Position numbers and translations under genes: made by a program
Source: Chrysomallon squamiferum
Taxonomy: Eukaryota > Animalia > Mollusca
DNA: 64,000 bases
Assembly: GCA_012295275.1 (NCBI GenBank)
Contig: CM022672.1
Coordinates: 4,712,001-4,776,000, forward strand
Direction: 5' to 3'
In this document: positions 26,589-39,355 of the stretch, in pieces
Position numbering within the stretch: the stretch's first letter is position 1
Layout: the number at the start of each line of letters is the position of its first letter
The notes under the pieces: model-generated
Database searches by the model: none
What the model was told of the DNA's origin: nothing
What the model saw: only the letters and a program-made list of their open reading frames with translations

Positions 26589-27300
26589 CAGTATTCCCTC
26601 GCTATTCGCGGGGGTTACGTTCTTTATCCCCCCGCGAATAGCGAAAAACCGCGAATATTGGATGCGGTTTTAAAACGTCTATTATGAGATTATATACGGT
26701 ACTAAATGCTTCCCAAACACTTTCTAAAGACACTCTTACTCATTAATACAGTAATAATGTAGCAGTTATGTATTTCACTAATGTAGTAATGATAATGTAA
26801 ACGCATTTTAATTTTGTACTGAAACAATATTTTAATCAGAAAGAAACGTAAGTACAGGAGGACAGTAACACCGCATAGCATAGTTACCCATACTGTATTA
26901 CTGTACCGTAAAGTCATTTTCTATGCGTACAACATATGTATTAGAATTGACAGAAAGTGGAACAAATTTAAAGGCAAACAGACAGATAAATACAGTACGC
27001 ACAGTTCAGGTAATAATAATACAATTCAGTAATAATATGCAATTAAAAACATTATTAATACACGGTCACAAAAAATATGCACTGTACATACAGTGTATGC
27101 ATTTATAAAAAAAATACGTACTGTATTGCAATAATAATTGAAAAAAATTGATATTGTTTGTGCGGTTTACCGAGCATTTGTTTTTATGACGTTATGACGC
27201 TCGCCTGGTATACCAGCATACGATGCGATAGGGTTAAGAGCCTAACCCGCGAATATGTGGGGCCGCGAATGGGGAACCGCGAATAGGTGAGGGTATACTG
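26589..27300. mobile_element. Tc1/mariner (pogo/Tigger-type) MITE, 712 bp
   Basis: TA|CAGTATTCCCTCGCTATTCGCGG ... CCGCGAATAGGTGAGGGTATACTG|TA. TA target duplication, repeated subterminal CCGCGAAT motifs, AT-rich non-coding interior. Confidence 0.9.
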
Positions 27301-27350
27301 TATTATAAGGAGGCTGCCGTTTTGTTTCTGTGACGTCACTGAAATAAATA

Positions 27351-27677
27351 CAGGTACCGGGCCAATTATCTGGACATGTTGGGGCCTGAGGCATTTGGGA
27401 TTTCTGGATTGTCCGGTTTTCTGATACCAAGGCATCTAAATACGTAAATTAGTCATAAACATTTTAAAATTAAAAACATAAAGAAAATTGACGATACACA
27501 ACTGTGGCGACTCGACACGTAAACAATGCGGCGAGTGAATGAACGCCACGCGGCTTGAAAGAGTAGTTCCGGTCTGGTGAGGACAACACCCGCGCGCGCG
27601 AACTATGAAAATAGCGTCCGGGAAAAATTTCCGGTTTTCTGGTCTTTCCGGACGCCGGATAATTGGTCCGGTACCTG
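27351..27677. mobile_element. Tc1/mariner-type MITE, 327 bp
   Basis: TA|CAGGTACCGGGCCAATTATCTGG ... CCGGATAATTGGTCCGGTACCTG|TA; 23-bp TIRs with 2 mismatches. Confidence 0.9.
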
Positions 27678-27819
27678 TATATGAATAATAAACGAAAAGT
27701 GGTTACACAAGTGCTGATCCTGCTCTCCCTTATAAGCGGAACACAATGAGAAGGATCAGAGTTTTAAAAACTTGAAACATTTAAAATAGTCAATTCAGTA
27801 TTGATAATGGTTTGAAAAA

Positions 27820-27913
<94 letters not shown>

Positions 27914-28207
27914 GAATGATAATTTACAAAAAGACAAACAACATGATGTAATTGTTAGAAAATATGTATTCTTTTATTAAAACTTGCCCAGGTACATAGC
28001 AAAAAGTGGAAATAAACTGATATGAAAAGATATAATTATTATGCAAAACGTTCGTTTCCAAAAAATGATATGAACATAACAGTAGAACATTCGGATGAGC
28101 CATGTAATTCTTCATCACAGAACATGTAAAGTATAAAAAAAAAAAAAGAAGAAAAAAAGTAGCAGCAACAGCAGCATCAGTAGTCGTAGCAGTAGTAGAA
28201 GTTAGTA

Positions 28208-28254
<47 letters not shown>

Positions 28255-29331
28255 TATAATAATAATAACTATTAGAGGCATAGGAAGAGAAAAATAAAGA
28301 TGATATGAAGTATGTGGAAAAGAACGTTAAGCAGAGTTGAAGCAACAGAAAGGATTAATACAAATGAGAGAATTAAAAGAAAGGCAGTAAAGGCTAGACT
28401 TCTCCATTGCATATAAAGTACAGGAGAGGCAGGAAGAAAAAGCAAAATAAAATCTAATAAAAATAAATAAATAAATAAAATAAGAATAAAATAAAAATAA
28501 AAACTAATGGAAAAACAAAAAAGGAAAACGCACAAAAAAAGCAGCACTTGACTACATTTCACCAATATATGTCTGATTAATCAATAATCTTGTACAAATT
28601 AAAATCAGAATGTGCCAGCACATGTCACAATAATAATTAAAAGAAAAGAAATTATAAAATTACATTACCCATTACATTAATACATACAATGTGAACATTC
28701 TATACAAATATCATTGTAAAAAATACAGTACGTTCTGGAATTATTTGAGACAATTTCAATCCTGGTTGAACACTGAAAAATACACCATATTATAAAAAAT
28801 GGAATTACAGAATAATTATATGCATAAAAGAGTTGCAATAAAAAGTTGTACAGCTCCACCACAAAAAGCGAAAACAACCAAAAAAAACACCAAAAAATTA
28901 TTAAACAGACTTAAAGGACAATGTGCTTTGTCAGCAGATTACACAAATTTGTATGTAAACATTCAAAAAACATTTTGATTTAAAGCCAATTATCTTTGAG
29001 CATATTACATTTGTCATCAAACTGTAATAATAAAGAAAAGGATATTTACACTGAATAAAAATTGAGTTAATATTAATATAATTGGCCATTCTGACTGAGT
29101 TGATAAAGTAAAATATAATAAAAAAAAGATATGTGTCTGTACATACACATAACAAAAACTGATTTTTGATCATTTCATTTTTAATTAAAGATAGTGTTTC
29201 TAAAACAAGTATTTTAAAACATTCATTACAATCAATGCTTTCATTTATTTTCATAGGTTTATTTTATTTATTTACTTTTGTCCTAAATTACTTTATTTAT
29301 TTATAATATCTCTCTCTATCCTTCTTTCTTT

Positions 29332-29396
<65 letters not shown>

Positions 29397-31738
29397 CCCA
29401 GACAGACACACACACAGACACACATCAAAATGACAGTTACTAAACTGTTTGGCTGTTCCTGAATTATATTAATCTATGACATTTTCCATCATGATGGCAA
29501 GATGACAACTTTCTCTTATGTGCCCACAAGACAATATGTTATATAAAAATATACATTATATCCACCTGACTGGAGATAACTACTAAATGTCACTTAAGAC
29601 TTATAACTTTCTAACAAAGCTTTTGAAAGATTAATAATTTTGACAGCAATGTTTTGATCATGTGTAAAAAGATTATTTTAATACATCAAAAGTAATCATC
29701 ACAGTTATATTTATACACAGGAATCATTATTAGATTCACATTGCGATGGTTCTGTGTCATAATATTAAAACATCAGCAGAGATGATCTGTAACGTCTCAG
29801 TTTTGAAGAATTCACTGTTGGCAAATACTGTTTAATAGTAATTATAGAATAAGTGTACTGTAACGTACTCACAGCTCTGGATAAACAAGCTTTGAATACA
29901 TTTTATGAAATATATTTGTGCTGATATGCTGTTTGGATCTCCAGGGAAGATGTTAATGCTTGCTTGACAATTAAGATTTTAATGTACATATTATTTTTTA
30001 TTTATAAAAACAAGTAAATAAATTTAATGAAAAAAAAGATAATAATAATAATTATAAAAAAATGATACTGCATATGTATCCTCAAAGAATTTGTACACAT
30101 GTATTTATCATCAATATTATAAGTAGACATTAAATTGTATTTTTTAATTTAGAGAAAAGCAAAAAAAAAGAACAACAACAAAACAAAACAAAATAATAAT
30201 AATGAGATCATGCAATTTAGTTCTAAATAATTCAGATGTGAATTAATTATAACGAAGGAAGCCACTGAAACTTTGAAACTCCTGCCCTCTGACACACTTT
30301 TTTTATGTACAATACTTCAATCACATGATTTCTTAAATTCCTACATTCTGGACAGGTAGCACCTGATTAATGTGATAGCACAACACAAAGAAATAAAATA
30401 AAGGAATTCTATTCACTGACTTAATTCAGAGACACCAGTGTATCACTAACAATGGGTTAGAGAAATCGTTACACTTCAAGTTATAAAAACAAGATTAGTT
30501 CGGTAAAACATTTTGCATAAACTATATACATTTAACAATCTGCTTGAAAAATAAAAACAACAAAAAAGTAGGCATCAAAAACAATGTTTAACTGATGAGC
30601 ATTCCTTGATGAGTGAAAAAAAAGAAAAAAAAAAGGATTCTACTAAGATATATATATATATGTCTTGATTTAAAAAAAATAATAATAATAATAATAACAA
30701 AAAAGAAAGGAAACATTTAACAAAAAATGTATATAGTTTTAAAAATCAGTTTAGAACAAACAGCTCCATTTATTTCAAGAATAATAATTAAAATATAAAG
30801 AACTGTCAAGACTATAACATCTAATTCCTGATTAGCTTTTTATATAAAATTAATGCCGTTCTAAGTAATAGCCACATGTACTCAGTCTTTTGCAATAATC
30901 TGCTCTAACTACTTGTTATTTGAATCCTCAACTTGTCAAAGGATATAAAACTACTTTAGTGCACTCTGTAGACAGACTCATCACCAAAGCCTACAGTTTC
31001 ATGTTTCATATTTTTAACATTTCTTAACAAGATACTTTAACAGATGATTTTCCTTCCAGAGGCATTTAAAAATGATCTCAGTACACAAAATAATAATTTT
31101 ACTCAGAACAGTGGCACTAGCTGTTCTCTCTACACTTTTAATATTGTTGATGTATTAATTATACTATATTATAATAATGAAATCACAGAATGTATAGTAT
31201 ATTTCTTGGATAAACAAAAAACTAAATTTGTTAGAAAGTTAGGTAAGCACAACTTTTTTTTTACTTATTTTGCAGAAAAAACAAGCAAAAAACAAAATGA
31301 TGTCAGTTATGTAAGCTATAAAATGTGACCCAAAGTAACTTAAGTACTTGTACAACAAGATACATATGTCAGCTGTGGTTACTAAATAGTAAAGCTATTG
31401 CTACTGTTTTAAAAAGTTGACTCTATAGGAATGACAGTAACAGAACAAATCCACAGTAACAGTATTTATTAACAGCAGTCATTGTGGATAGTAGCTACTA
31501 GAGTAGCAAATAAACGTAATAACAACTTTTCAGTGTCATTTCTGAACTGTGACATTACAGCATAAAACTCTATAAATACAGTGAATCTCTGCAATCTTTG
31601 ACATGTGACATAAAAGTAACAATAACAGCATTTATTAACAGCAGTTACTGTTATCTCACTGTTTTGAAATGGCTGCTTTAAAACACATCTACACAGTACT
31701 AATCAGTACTATTTATGAAAAACGTTTTAAATGAAGCT

Positions 31739-31864
31739 CTACTTTACAATAAAACTTTTGTGGTTCTTCATCTTCTTTAGTCCTTTCTTGATTTCATTGA
31801 TGAAGTCAGAGGGCTGAACAACCAGGGTAATTTCCTTGCCTACAGCATTCAGTCTGTGTTCTAT
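31739..31864 (-). CDS. PH-PDZ adaptor, coding exon 7 (IEHRLNAVGKEITLVVQP...SFIVK*)
   Basis: ttacAG acceptor, open frame to TAG; missed by the ORF track. Confidence 0.85.
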   Translation of the reverse strand: MEHRLNAVGKEITLVVQPSDFINEIKKGLKKMKNHKSFIVK

Positions 31865-34800
31865 CTGTAAAGTCAAATATATATATATAAGTATATTTGT
31901 TTATTTATTTATTATTACTCCTGTTGTTTAAACTGTTATTTATAAAGTATTTAAAAGTTGCCTCTGGAAATAAGTGTTTATTTTATAAATTTACTATATT
32001 AATTAGTAAAGGTCAAAACTACTGAAATTTATGCTGATCATTTTAAACTGTTTTTAAACAAAGACCACACATTTTTAAACATTTGACTCTATTTAAAAGG
32101 CAAACCTCGAGTTCCTTGAAGAACAGACTGACAGGTCTGCTGTTGATCTCTGTGATAAACCAGTTACACATGTTCTGGCTGAAAACACAATGAGCTTTAG
32201 AAGTAAGTCCGTTTCTGCCTGCTAATCCATTCAAATCCACATAGACGATCTGAAAGCATCAAAACGGAGTTTAGAACGAAAATCCACTCAATGCAAACAG
32301 TCACTGTTCTTCCTCGTTAATTCAAATCTTGCTTGTTTAATAAGAGGGGTCTTTTAATGTCAAGTGATCTAAAATGTTGAATTCTGATTTTAAAAATACA
32401 CAATATCTGTTATCTTACATACAAACAAGTACTATGAAGCTAGAGGATAGCGGATCATTTTTCTCTTTATTTTCGATTTTTTAAAATTAGTTGATTAAAG
32501 AGTTACCTCCCCTGTCCCTCCTTCTCTTTTGAAGCCAAGACTTTCGCCTTCTGCTGATCGTCGGATGGCTAACACTTTGGCGTGTTTCAGCCTCTGTATG
32601 AAAATGTTTACAGACGAGTCTGCTGATTTAATATGCTTGTGTGCCATGGCTGCTGTGAACACTGAGACATCATTCACTTTCTTGAGTTCGTCTCCAACAT
32701 GAAACTTGCTGTGAAGTCTTGGATGGTCCTTCTGATTCCAGCCTGCAATCCTGTAAACAGTTAAAAACCACAGTGTACATGAAACAGTATACACCACATG
32801 TTTAACAGAATAAAATTTTGTAAAAAATATTCTATGTTTAAAACACTGAAATGTTTAACATACTGAAATATTAACTTTAAGAAACCAGATGTGTTAACAC
32901 TGGACCATGTTTATCTTAAACAGACATAAATATTTGACAAGACTGGAAGTGTAAACTACCACACAGATCCATATGCATCCACTAGTGCCAGTCCAAGACA
33001 GTCCTTTTGTGGGAGCTGAACATTTATTCCCAGGGAAGCCATTTCCTCTTCCAGTATTTCGACCTGGCTCTGTTTGAGTGACACGACACTGAAAGCTTTG
33101 TCTGAGGGGTCCAGCTGCATCTTCAGGGACAACTGACGTGCTGGACGTCTCACAGACGCAGCAGCACCTTCCGCCCCGTTCCGCTTTGGCAGATTTGGAG
33201 GAGCAGACGATCTTTGAAGATTTCTTGATGGAAGAGGAGGAGGGTTGCTATCTTTATCCATAGAGTCAATCCTTTTAGGAGGGACAGGAGGAGCACCATT
33301 AGTTTCTGCCAAAGCACTGCAGACCTGAGCAAATCCTTTAGTTTTACTCGTCACTGTGAAATATTTCCTTTGTAGAGAGTCTTGTCGTGGGGGCAGAGGA
33401 GGTGTTCCACTGTAATTAGTTGAGTGTCTGTTCATTAGAGCAGCAGCTGATGGAGGAACCTGGGACGTTTTACTTGAACCAGTGGAATGGCGTAGTTTGT
33501 TTCTTACAAAAACACTGTCTGAATCATTGTCAAATGTCTCCCATTCGCTTTGCTTCGCACTAGTTGAATCAGAGTCAGGCTGTCCTAATATGTCACTACT
33601 TAAACCCGAGTCACAATTCTTGTCAGGTACTGGAAAAACAGAGTACAGATTTTCATTTCTAGATGGACCATTCTGGTTTTCGTTTTCTGAGTTCTGACAT
33701 GAAATGCCTGTACACAGAGAATCTTTTTTTTCACATTTGGATGGTGGCAATGAAACAACTTCGAACTCAACATTTTTACCTTTTGAACATTCATCTGATT
33801 CTCTAACAGAACCCAGAGAACCCTTTACTTTGGTATTACTACATGCGCCATTAGCACCAGCTAAAGGTACTTTGGATGAATTCATATTTTGTTTTATAGA
33901 TGACTTATTATTATTTATTTCAGTGAACGTGGCCCTTTTGGCAGGAATTGGTCTAAAACTCGCCTCACCATCACATAAAACATCTTTATTTGGTAATTTG
34001 TTTTTCTGCCAAAAATCACTGTCGATAAAATCTCCAGAATAGTCTGAGCTGACATCAACGGATGTAGAAGTTCTATCGGAAGCCAAATTATCACTAGTGG
34101 CTTCATTGGCTTTGTCTAAAGATTCTTTTCTTTTGATTTTTTCCCGTTCTTCAGCAATGCCAACTGTAGCAAAAACATCTTCATCATTTTCACCCTCAGC
34201 TTTTGCCATTTCTTCTTTTTTCTTAGCAGCAGCGCCAAAATTGACCACTGCAGGACAGAATGAGTACACATGTTCATGGTCTTCTTTCTGGAGAATGGTG
34301 GAAAAATAATCAATATTATAAATTTTAAAAATGTTGTAAATTAATACTTGTTGCAGAAATTCATTTTATTGCAATTAGACTTTTCAGTTAAATATTTGAT
34401 TTATTTTTGAAAGCCTGAAATAGCAGACAATATTTTGCAAATAATATTTTACTACAAAAACAAACATTTTATTTTATTATTATTTTTTTTAATCATTAAG
34501 AAGAAGCATTTTAAATTGTAGACAATATTTTGAAAATAATATTTTACAACAAAACAAACATTTTATTTTATTATTATTTTTTAATCATTAAGAAGAAATC
34601 TTTTTAAACAATTTCAACAAAATGTGTAGGTACTTCAATGAATTTACTTTTAGAATCTTTTTATTTTAAATGGATTTACTTAACCTCAATGTAAACAGAA
34701 ACACAAAGTTGAATTAGTACAGTCACGTGATACGTTCATTAGGAAAACATAACTATCAAGGTCAAAGTGATTTCTTTCACTTCTTTTTTGTTTTTTTCAT

Positions 34801-35977
34801 CTGAGAAGTAGGAAAAGACAGTATTAAATGGAAAAGGTTATCTCTAAGCACAATGTGTTGTGATAACTGAGAACAATGAAATACTGGCACAGAGCCAGAG
34901 TTTGTTTTCTGCAAGTCACAGCAGTTCACACTACCGTACTTACCACAAACCAATGTACAGTTTATGTTTGTTCATTTACACGAGTCGGAAATGTGGTTTC
35001 TTTACAAAATTTAATTGTGGAAACATTATAGTCCACTAAAAAGAAATTAAATAAAGAAAATAGTAATAATAATAAAAAGTTATATGAGACACAGTTGTTT
35101 ATACTCTAACATGTTAGAGGAGAAAATGTCAGACAGACAGAACTGACCTGTAATACTCCAAGAGTATTGAGTGTCGATTCCAAAGCATTGTACCAATCCA
35201 ACATGTTGGCCCTGAAATTAGTTCCATACTAAATCATAATATTACAGTAATAAAATTGTAAAACGAACATTCTAGAAGACAAAATGGATATTAAACTAAA
35301 TAAAGAAACCAGTACTTTTTTCAGTGAATTAGTACAGTGTTTTATAAAATGATAGATTTTCAAATTCTTTTTGTGTTTTTTCTTGTATTTTATTCCAAGT
35401 CTTTTACAAACTAATACTATAAAAATGTTAAAGGGATTAAAACTGCCTATTACATTTTTTGAAATAGACCAACTGTAACTTAGTAAAAAAAAAAAAAAAA
35501 AAAGAATTGAAGAAAGATAGTTTAATGTTAAATAAAATAATTTTGTTTTTGTTTTTTTTTGATATATGTTTTATAAAAATAATTCATCCAATGTTTAAGA
35601 TTAAGCTAGTTTCAGTGTTTGCATTAACTGAATAATGCTAATATATAATTATTGTTAAGCACTTAAAGTTTATCATGTTATTGGGTTTAAGAGTACAACT
35701 GTGTTTGTAATGGGTTTTCCTTTTTTGTGTGTATGTATGTATGTATGTATGTATTATGTATGTATTATGTAAGTATGTATGTATGTAAATATGTATGTAT
35801 GTATGTATCTATGTACGTACGTACGTATGTATGTATGTATGTATGTATCTATCTGTATATATTAAATGGGTTGCAGTGGATGGCAGGATAATGGGAGAGT
35901 GACAGAGATAAGGATTGAAGAATGAGCAATATTCCACAAACACATCCTGCAGCAATAATCATCACAAACCACTGATA

Positions 35978-36008
<31 letters not shown>

Positions 36009-37037
36009 CTGTGTGAGAGTGACCTGTAACATTAACAGGTAAAACTAAGTCACCTGTCAGTTGCTGCCAGTTCAAGGACTCTTTCCTGCAAGACGACACT
36101 GAATTTGTGGAGCTGTGCGTTGCGTATGTGGGTGTACGCCAGTTTCTGACAGGTGGACAAGTTGAAAGAATTGATAGGCTCGTCTGTGAACACATCCATT
36201 TCCTTGTCATAGTACTCTAAAAAGGGTACTCCATTTCGGACCAACAGCACGAACCATTTGTTGGGATCAATTCTCTGAAACACAGTTCAGTTTAAATGTT
36301 ATCTGTTGTTTGTTACTTGTATGATCACTGGTTTTTAAATACATGACATTATGAGTACTGTTTGCTTGTCCTTTATTGTCTTAATTTTGTGAAAAGTACA
36401 CATAAGAATTTCTAAAGTGAAGTACAAAATACTGTCTGTTGAAGCATTTTATTATACATCTTATTTGTAAGATCAGGGTTTGTGTCATCAATTTTTTTTT
36501 GTAATTAAAGTCACAAAAAGAACTAGATGACAAATAATGATTTCTCTCTCATGAGTAACACATGCAATAACAACACAAATAAACTAATAATAATGATTTC
36601 TCTCTCGCATGAATAACACATGCAATAACAACACAAATAAACTAATAATAATGATTTCTCTCGCATGAGTAACACATGCAATAACAACACAAATAAACTA
36701 ATAATAATGATTTCTCTCTCGCATGAATAACACATGCAATAACAACACAAATAAACTATAATAATGATTTCTCTCTCGCATGAATAACACATGCAATAAC
36801 AACACAAATAAACTATAATAATGATTTCTCTCTCTCATGAGTAACACATGCAATAACAACACAAATAAACTAATAATAATGATTTCTCTCTCAGAATGTA
36901 AGGTTATGACAATGATAAAGTTAAGAGGTAATCAGTGTAGTGCTATTTCAGTAAGTTCTTACCTCAAGCAAGCCTGAGAGTCCCCGATCACTGGGAAATG
37001 ACTTTCTTAGATACCCTTGCTTTATTACGTTTTCCAT
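31739..37037 (-). CDS. PH-domain / proline-rich / tandem PDZ-like adaptor protein, PLEKHS1-like (733 aa, 7 coding exons)
   Basis: complement(join(31739..31864,32106..32249,32507..32750,32960..34287,35148..35211,36054..36274,36963..37037)) = 2202 nt. All introns GT-AG with compatible phases (0,2,0,2,0,0). PH signature VIKQGYLRK...KWFVL...LEYY...MLDWYNAL; PDZ-like FHVGDELKKVND and ITEINSRPV. The PLEKHS1 resemblance is recalled, not searched. Confidence 0.88.
32106..32249 (-). CDS. PH-PDZ adaptor, coding exon 6 (IVYVDLNGLAGRNG...FFKELE)
   Basis: tttcAG / GAG|GTTTGC; 144 nt, phase 0-0. Confidence 0.85.
32507..32750 (-). CDS. PH-PDZ adaptor, coding exon 5 (first PDZ-like domain)
   Basis: tttacAG / GAG|GTAACT; IAGWNQKDHPRLHSKFHVGDELKKVND. 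Confidence 0.9.
32960..34287 (-). CDS. PH-PDZ adaptor, coding exon 4 (1328 nt; disordered, PxxPxR motifs)
   Basis: ctccAG acceptor, 442 open codons, TG|GTAGTT donor restoring W with the next exon. Confidence 0.9.
34425..34597. repeat. Intronic tandem duplication, ~95-bp period, 2 copies
   Basis: agacaatattttg...aatcattaagaagaa at 34425 and 34520. Confidence 0.85.
35148..35211 (-). CDS. PH-PDZ adaptor, coding exon 3 (PH C-terminal helix ANMLDWYNALESTL)
   Basis: tttcAG / CAG|GTCAGT; phase 2-0; conserved PH tryptophan. Confidence 0.9.
36054..36274 (-). CDS. PH-PDZ adaptor, coding exon 2 (PH core)
   Basis: tttcAG / CAG|GTGACT; RIDPNKWFVLLVRNGVPFLEYYD. Confidence 0.9.
36529..36892. repeat. 56-58-bp intronic minisatellite, ~6 copies
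   Basis: catgcaataa recurs at 36561, 36619, 36675, 36733, 36790, 36847. Confidence 0.95.
36963..37037 (-). CDS. PH-PDZ adaptor, coding exon 1 (MENVIKQGYLRKSFPSDRGLSGLLE)
   Basis: Acceptor with exon start at 37054, GGGATGG start, GAG|GTAAGA donor, PH beta-1 signature. Confidence 0.88.
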
Positions 37038-38741
37038 CCCTCAGTTCATTCTATCTGAAACTTCAGTGTAATTAAAACATTTATTACTAATTACAAGAAA
37101 AATTATTTAACTACAATGCCATAAAGGTATGTGTAAAATAACAATCACACAATAAGGCATATTAATTATTATACTGTTAAAAAGTAATATATGTAAGATA
37201 ACTGTTATAACATGACATTTATTAAGAACTACTGTTAAGATTTTACATACAAAATAATAACCAGGCAACAAGACAAATACAAGAGTACAAAGTGATAATC
37301 ATAAAACAATACAAACGTAACATAATGTCAAAACAAACACAAAGTAGATAATACATTTTCAAATCAAGATCCAGAAGTTATATATGGGTGCATCATTTTA
37401 CATTTTATCCTACTGGAGGAAACAGTCATTCTGTTGCTAATACAAGTATCTGTTAATTTAAATGTTATTCTTTTTCTCAGTTAAAAACATATGTTATTGC
37501 CTCAGGTATCTACACTTTGACTGACTTATAAAAAATAAAATTTCTGGGCTATAATTCTGATTAATGATTTTTTCCACAGGGTTTAATGCAAGATTAAAAA
37601 AAAAAACATCAAATGGTTACAAACTCTTTTTATATGCTAATTCCTAATGGGATTCTTTTAACATGAGCAGTATGAAAACTGGCTTGCTGGTTGCTGAGAT
37701 ATCAGTGGATAAAGACTGGTGAACACACCTGTTTATATATCAAACTTTGAAGTAATATTTAATATTGCTGTTTGAGACCAAAACAAACGTGAATACAGAT
37801 TTTTAAATCAAACTCTGAATCAGCCAGGTTACAGTCACCAACTGAATGAACTTGGGATGACCCTTATATAACCTGACAAATTCTATAAAATAAATTTCAA
37901 TTGATGCATTGGTCTTTTTAACAGATCTCATATTTTAAAATTAAAAAAGAAATGTCTTATAATTATTTTCATTTTTTTTTTTTTTTTAACTTATAACTAT
38001 ATACAGGTTTAAGCATACAGATTATAATGTTACCTCTCATATTATAATGTCTATAACAATTCTGCAAATAACAATTACAATTTGAGGTTTTCCAATAAAC
38101 TATATAACTGTGAAATATAACACTTTGTTAATTTTACAAAATAATAAACATTATAAAATAAACTTAGATATCAGTAACATGTCCTGTTTAACAAAGATAT
38201 TTTTAAAATAATCTTTTCTAAATGTTTGTATTATAAAATATCCAAAGTTTGACAAGCATCAGTAATTTTTAATGAGACTGATTCCACTGTAAACATAAAA
38301 TAATCTATAATAACATATACATTCCAAGCATACTTATCTTGAATTGTTTCTGTGGTGAACTTTATACAGGAAAAACAAGAGATGGTAACATGCACCAACA
38401 GATTTTTAACTGGATTGGCAAAATGATATCCTTGGAATTTTCTTTACAAGAAACACAATAACATGTGCATGTGCATGTGTGTGTGTGTGTGTCTGATCAA
38501 AATCTGCACACGTGAATTTACTACAATCAAACAGTGGTAAGCTGAGAATATAGAAATAATTTCATATTTTATTATTATTTAGGACTGCAGGACAGCCTCA
38601 TTGCAGAAGGAAGCTGATATGTTAAGACAGAAACCAGTTACTGCTTGCATACTTACACACACACACACACACACAGGTTTTTTCACAATTTTAAATAAAA
38701 TATCATATATTTTACAGATCTAGAGAAAGTTAGTCTTTGCA

Positions 38742-38786
<45 letters not shown>

Positions 38787-39199
38787 CATGGTGTAACGAA
38801 AAAAACTGAAAAACACTTAAAAGGGGCAAACGATATAAAATCAAGAAAGCTAATGAATGTATCAGAATATAGTAGTGATTCATTATTACAGGCTATTGTT
38901 AATTATGTACATCTAGCTAGTAGTGACGGAAGTTCAGTATTCACAAAAAAACCGTGGTATTAATCAGCTGAATATACATATTTAACTTAAAATAGATACT
39001 TCTCTGTTTCCTCAACAACTACAAGAAAAAAAAAAAAGCTAATGTACATACGAGGAAGTTTGCTTATTTACTGATGAAATATGCATCTGTATCAAGAAAG
39101 AAAAATCACAGATTTTTAAATGTATTTCATTAGAGGTGTCATTTCAGAATAGAATGTCTGAAGGCTACAGGATAATAAAATATCATTCAGCCTGTTTAA

Positions 39200-39355
39200 C
39201 ACACAGTAACAGGACACACTCACTGTAACAGTTACACTAGCTGTAACAGAAATTGCATGCTGTCACAGTATACATTGTAACAGTTACATTACTGTAGCAG
39301 TATACACTTACTGTCACAGAAAACATTCTGTAACAGCATTCCTTACTGCAGTTAC
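39200..39355. repeat. Degenerate ~18-20-bp minisatellite (ctgtaacag core)
   Basis: About 8 imperfect ctgt(a/c)acag units. Confidence 0.6.

Noticed and set aside
33482-34309. Plus-strand ORFs over the large adaptor exon
   Set aside because: Antisense shadows of a real exon.
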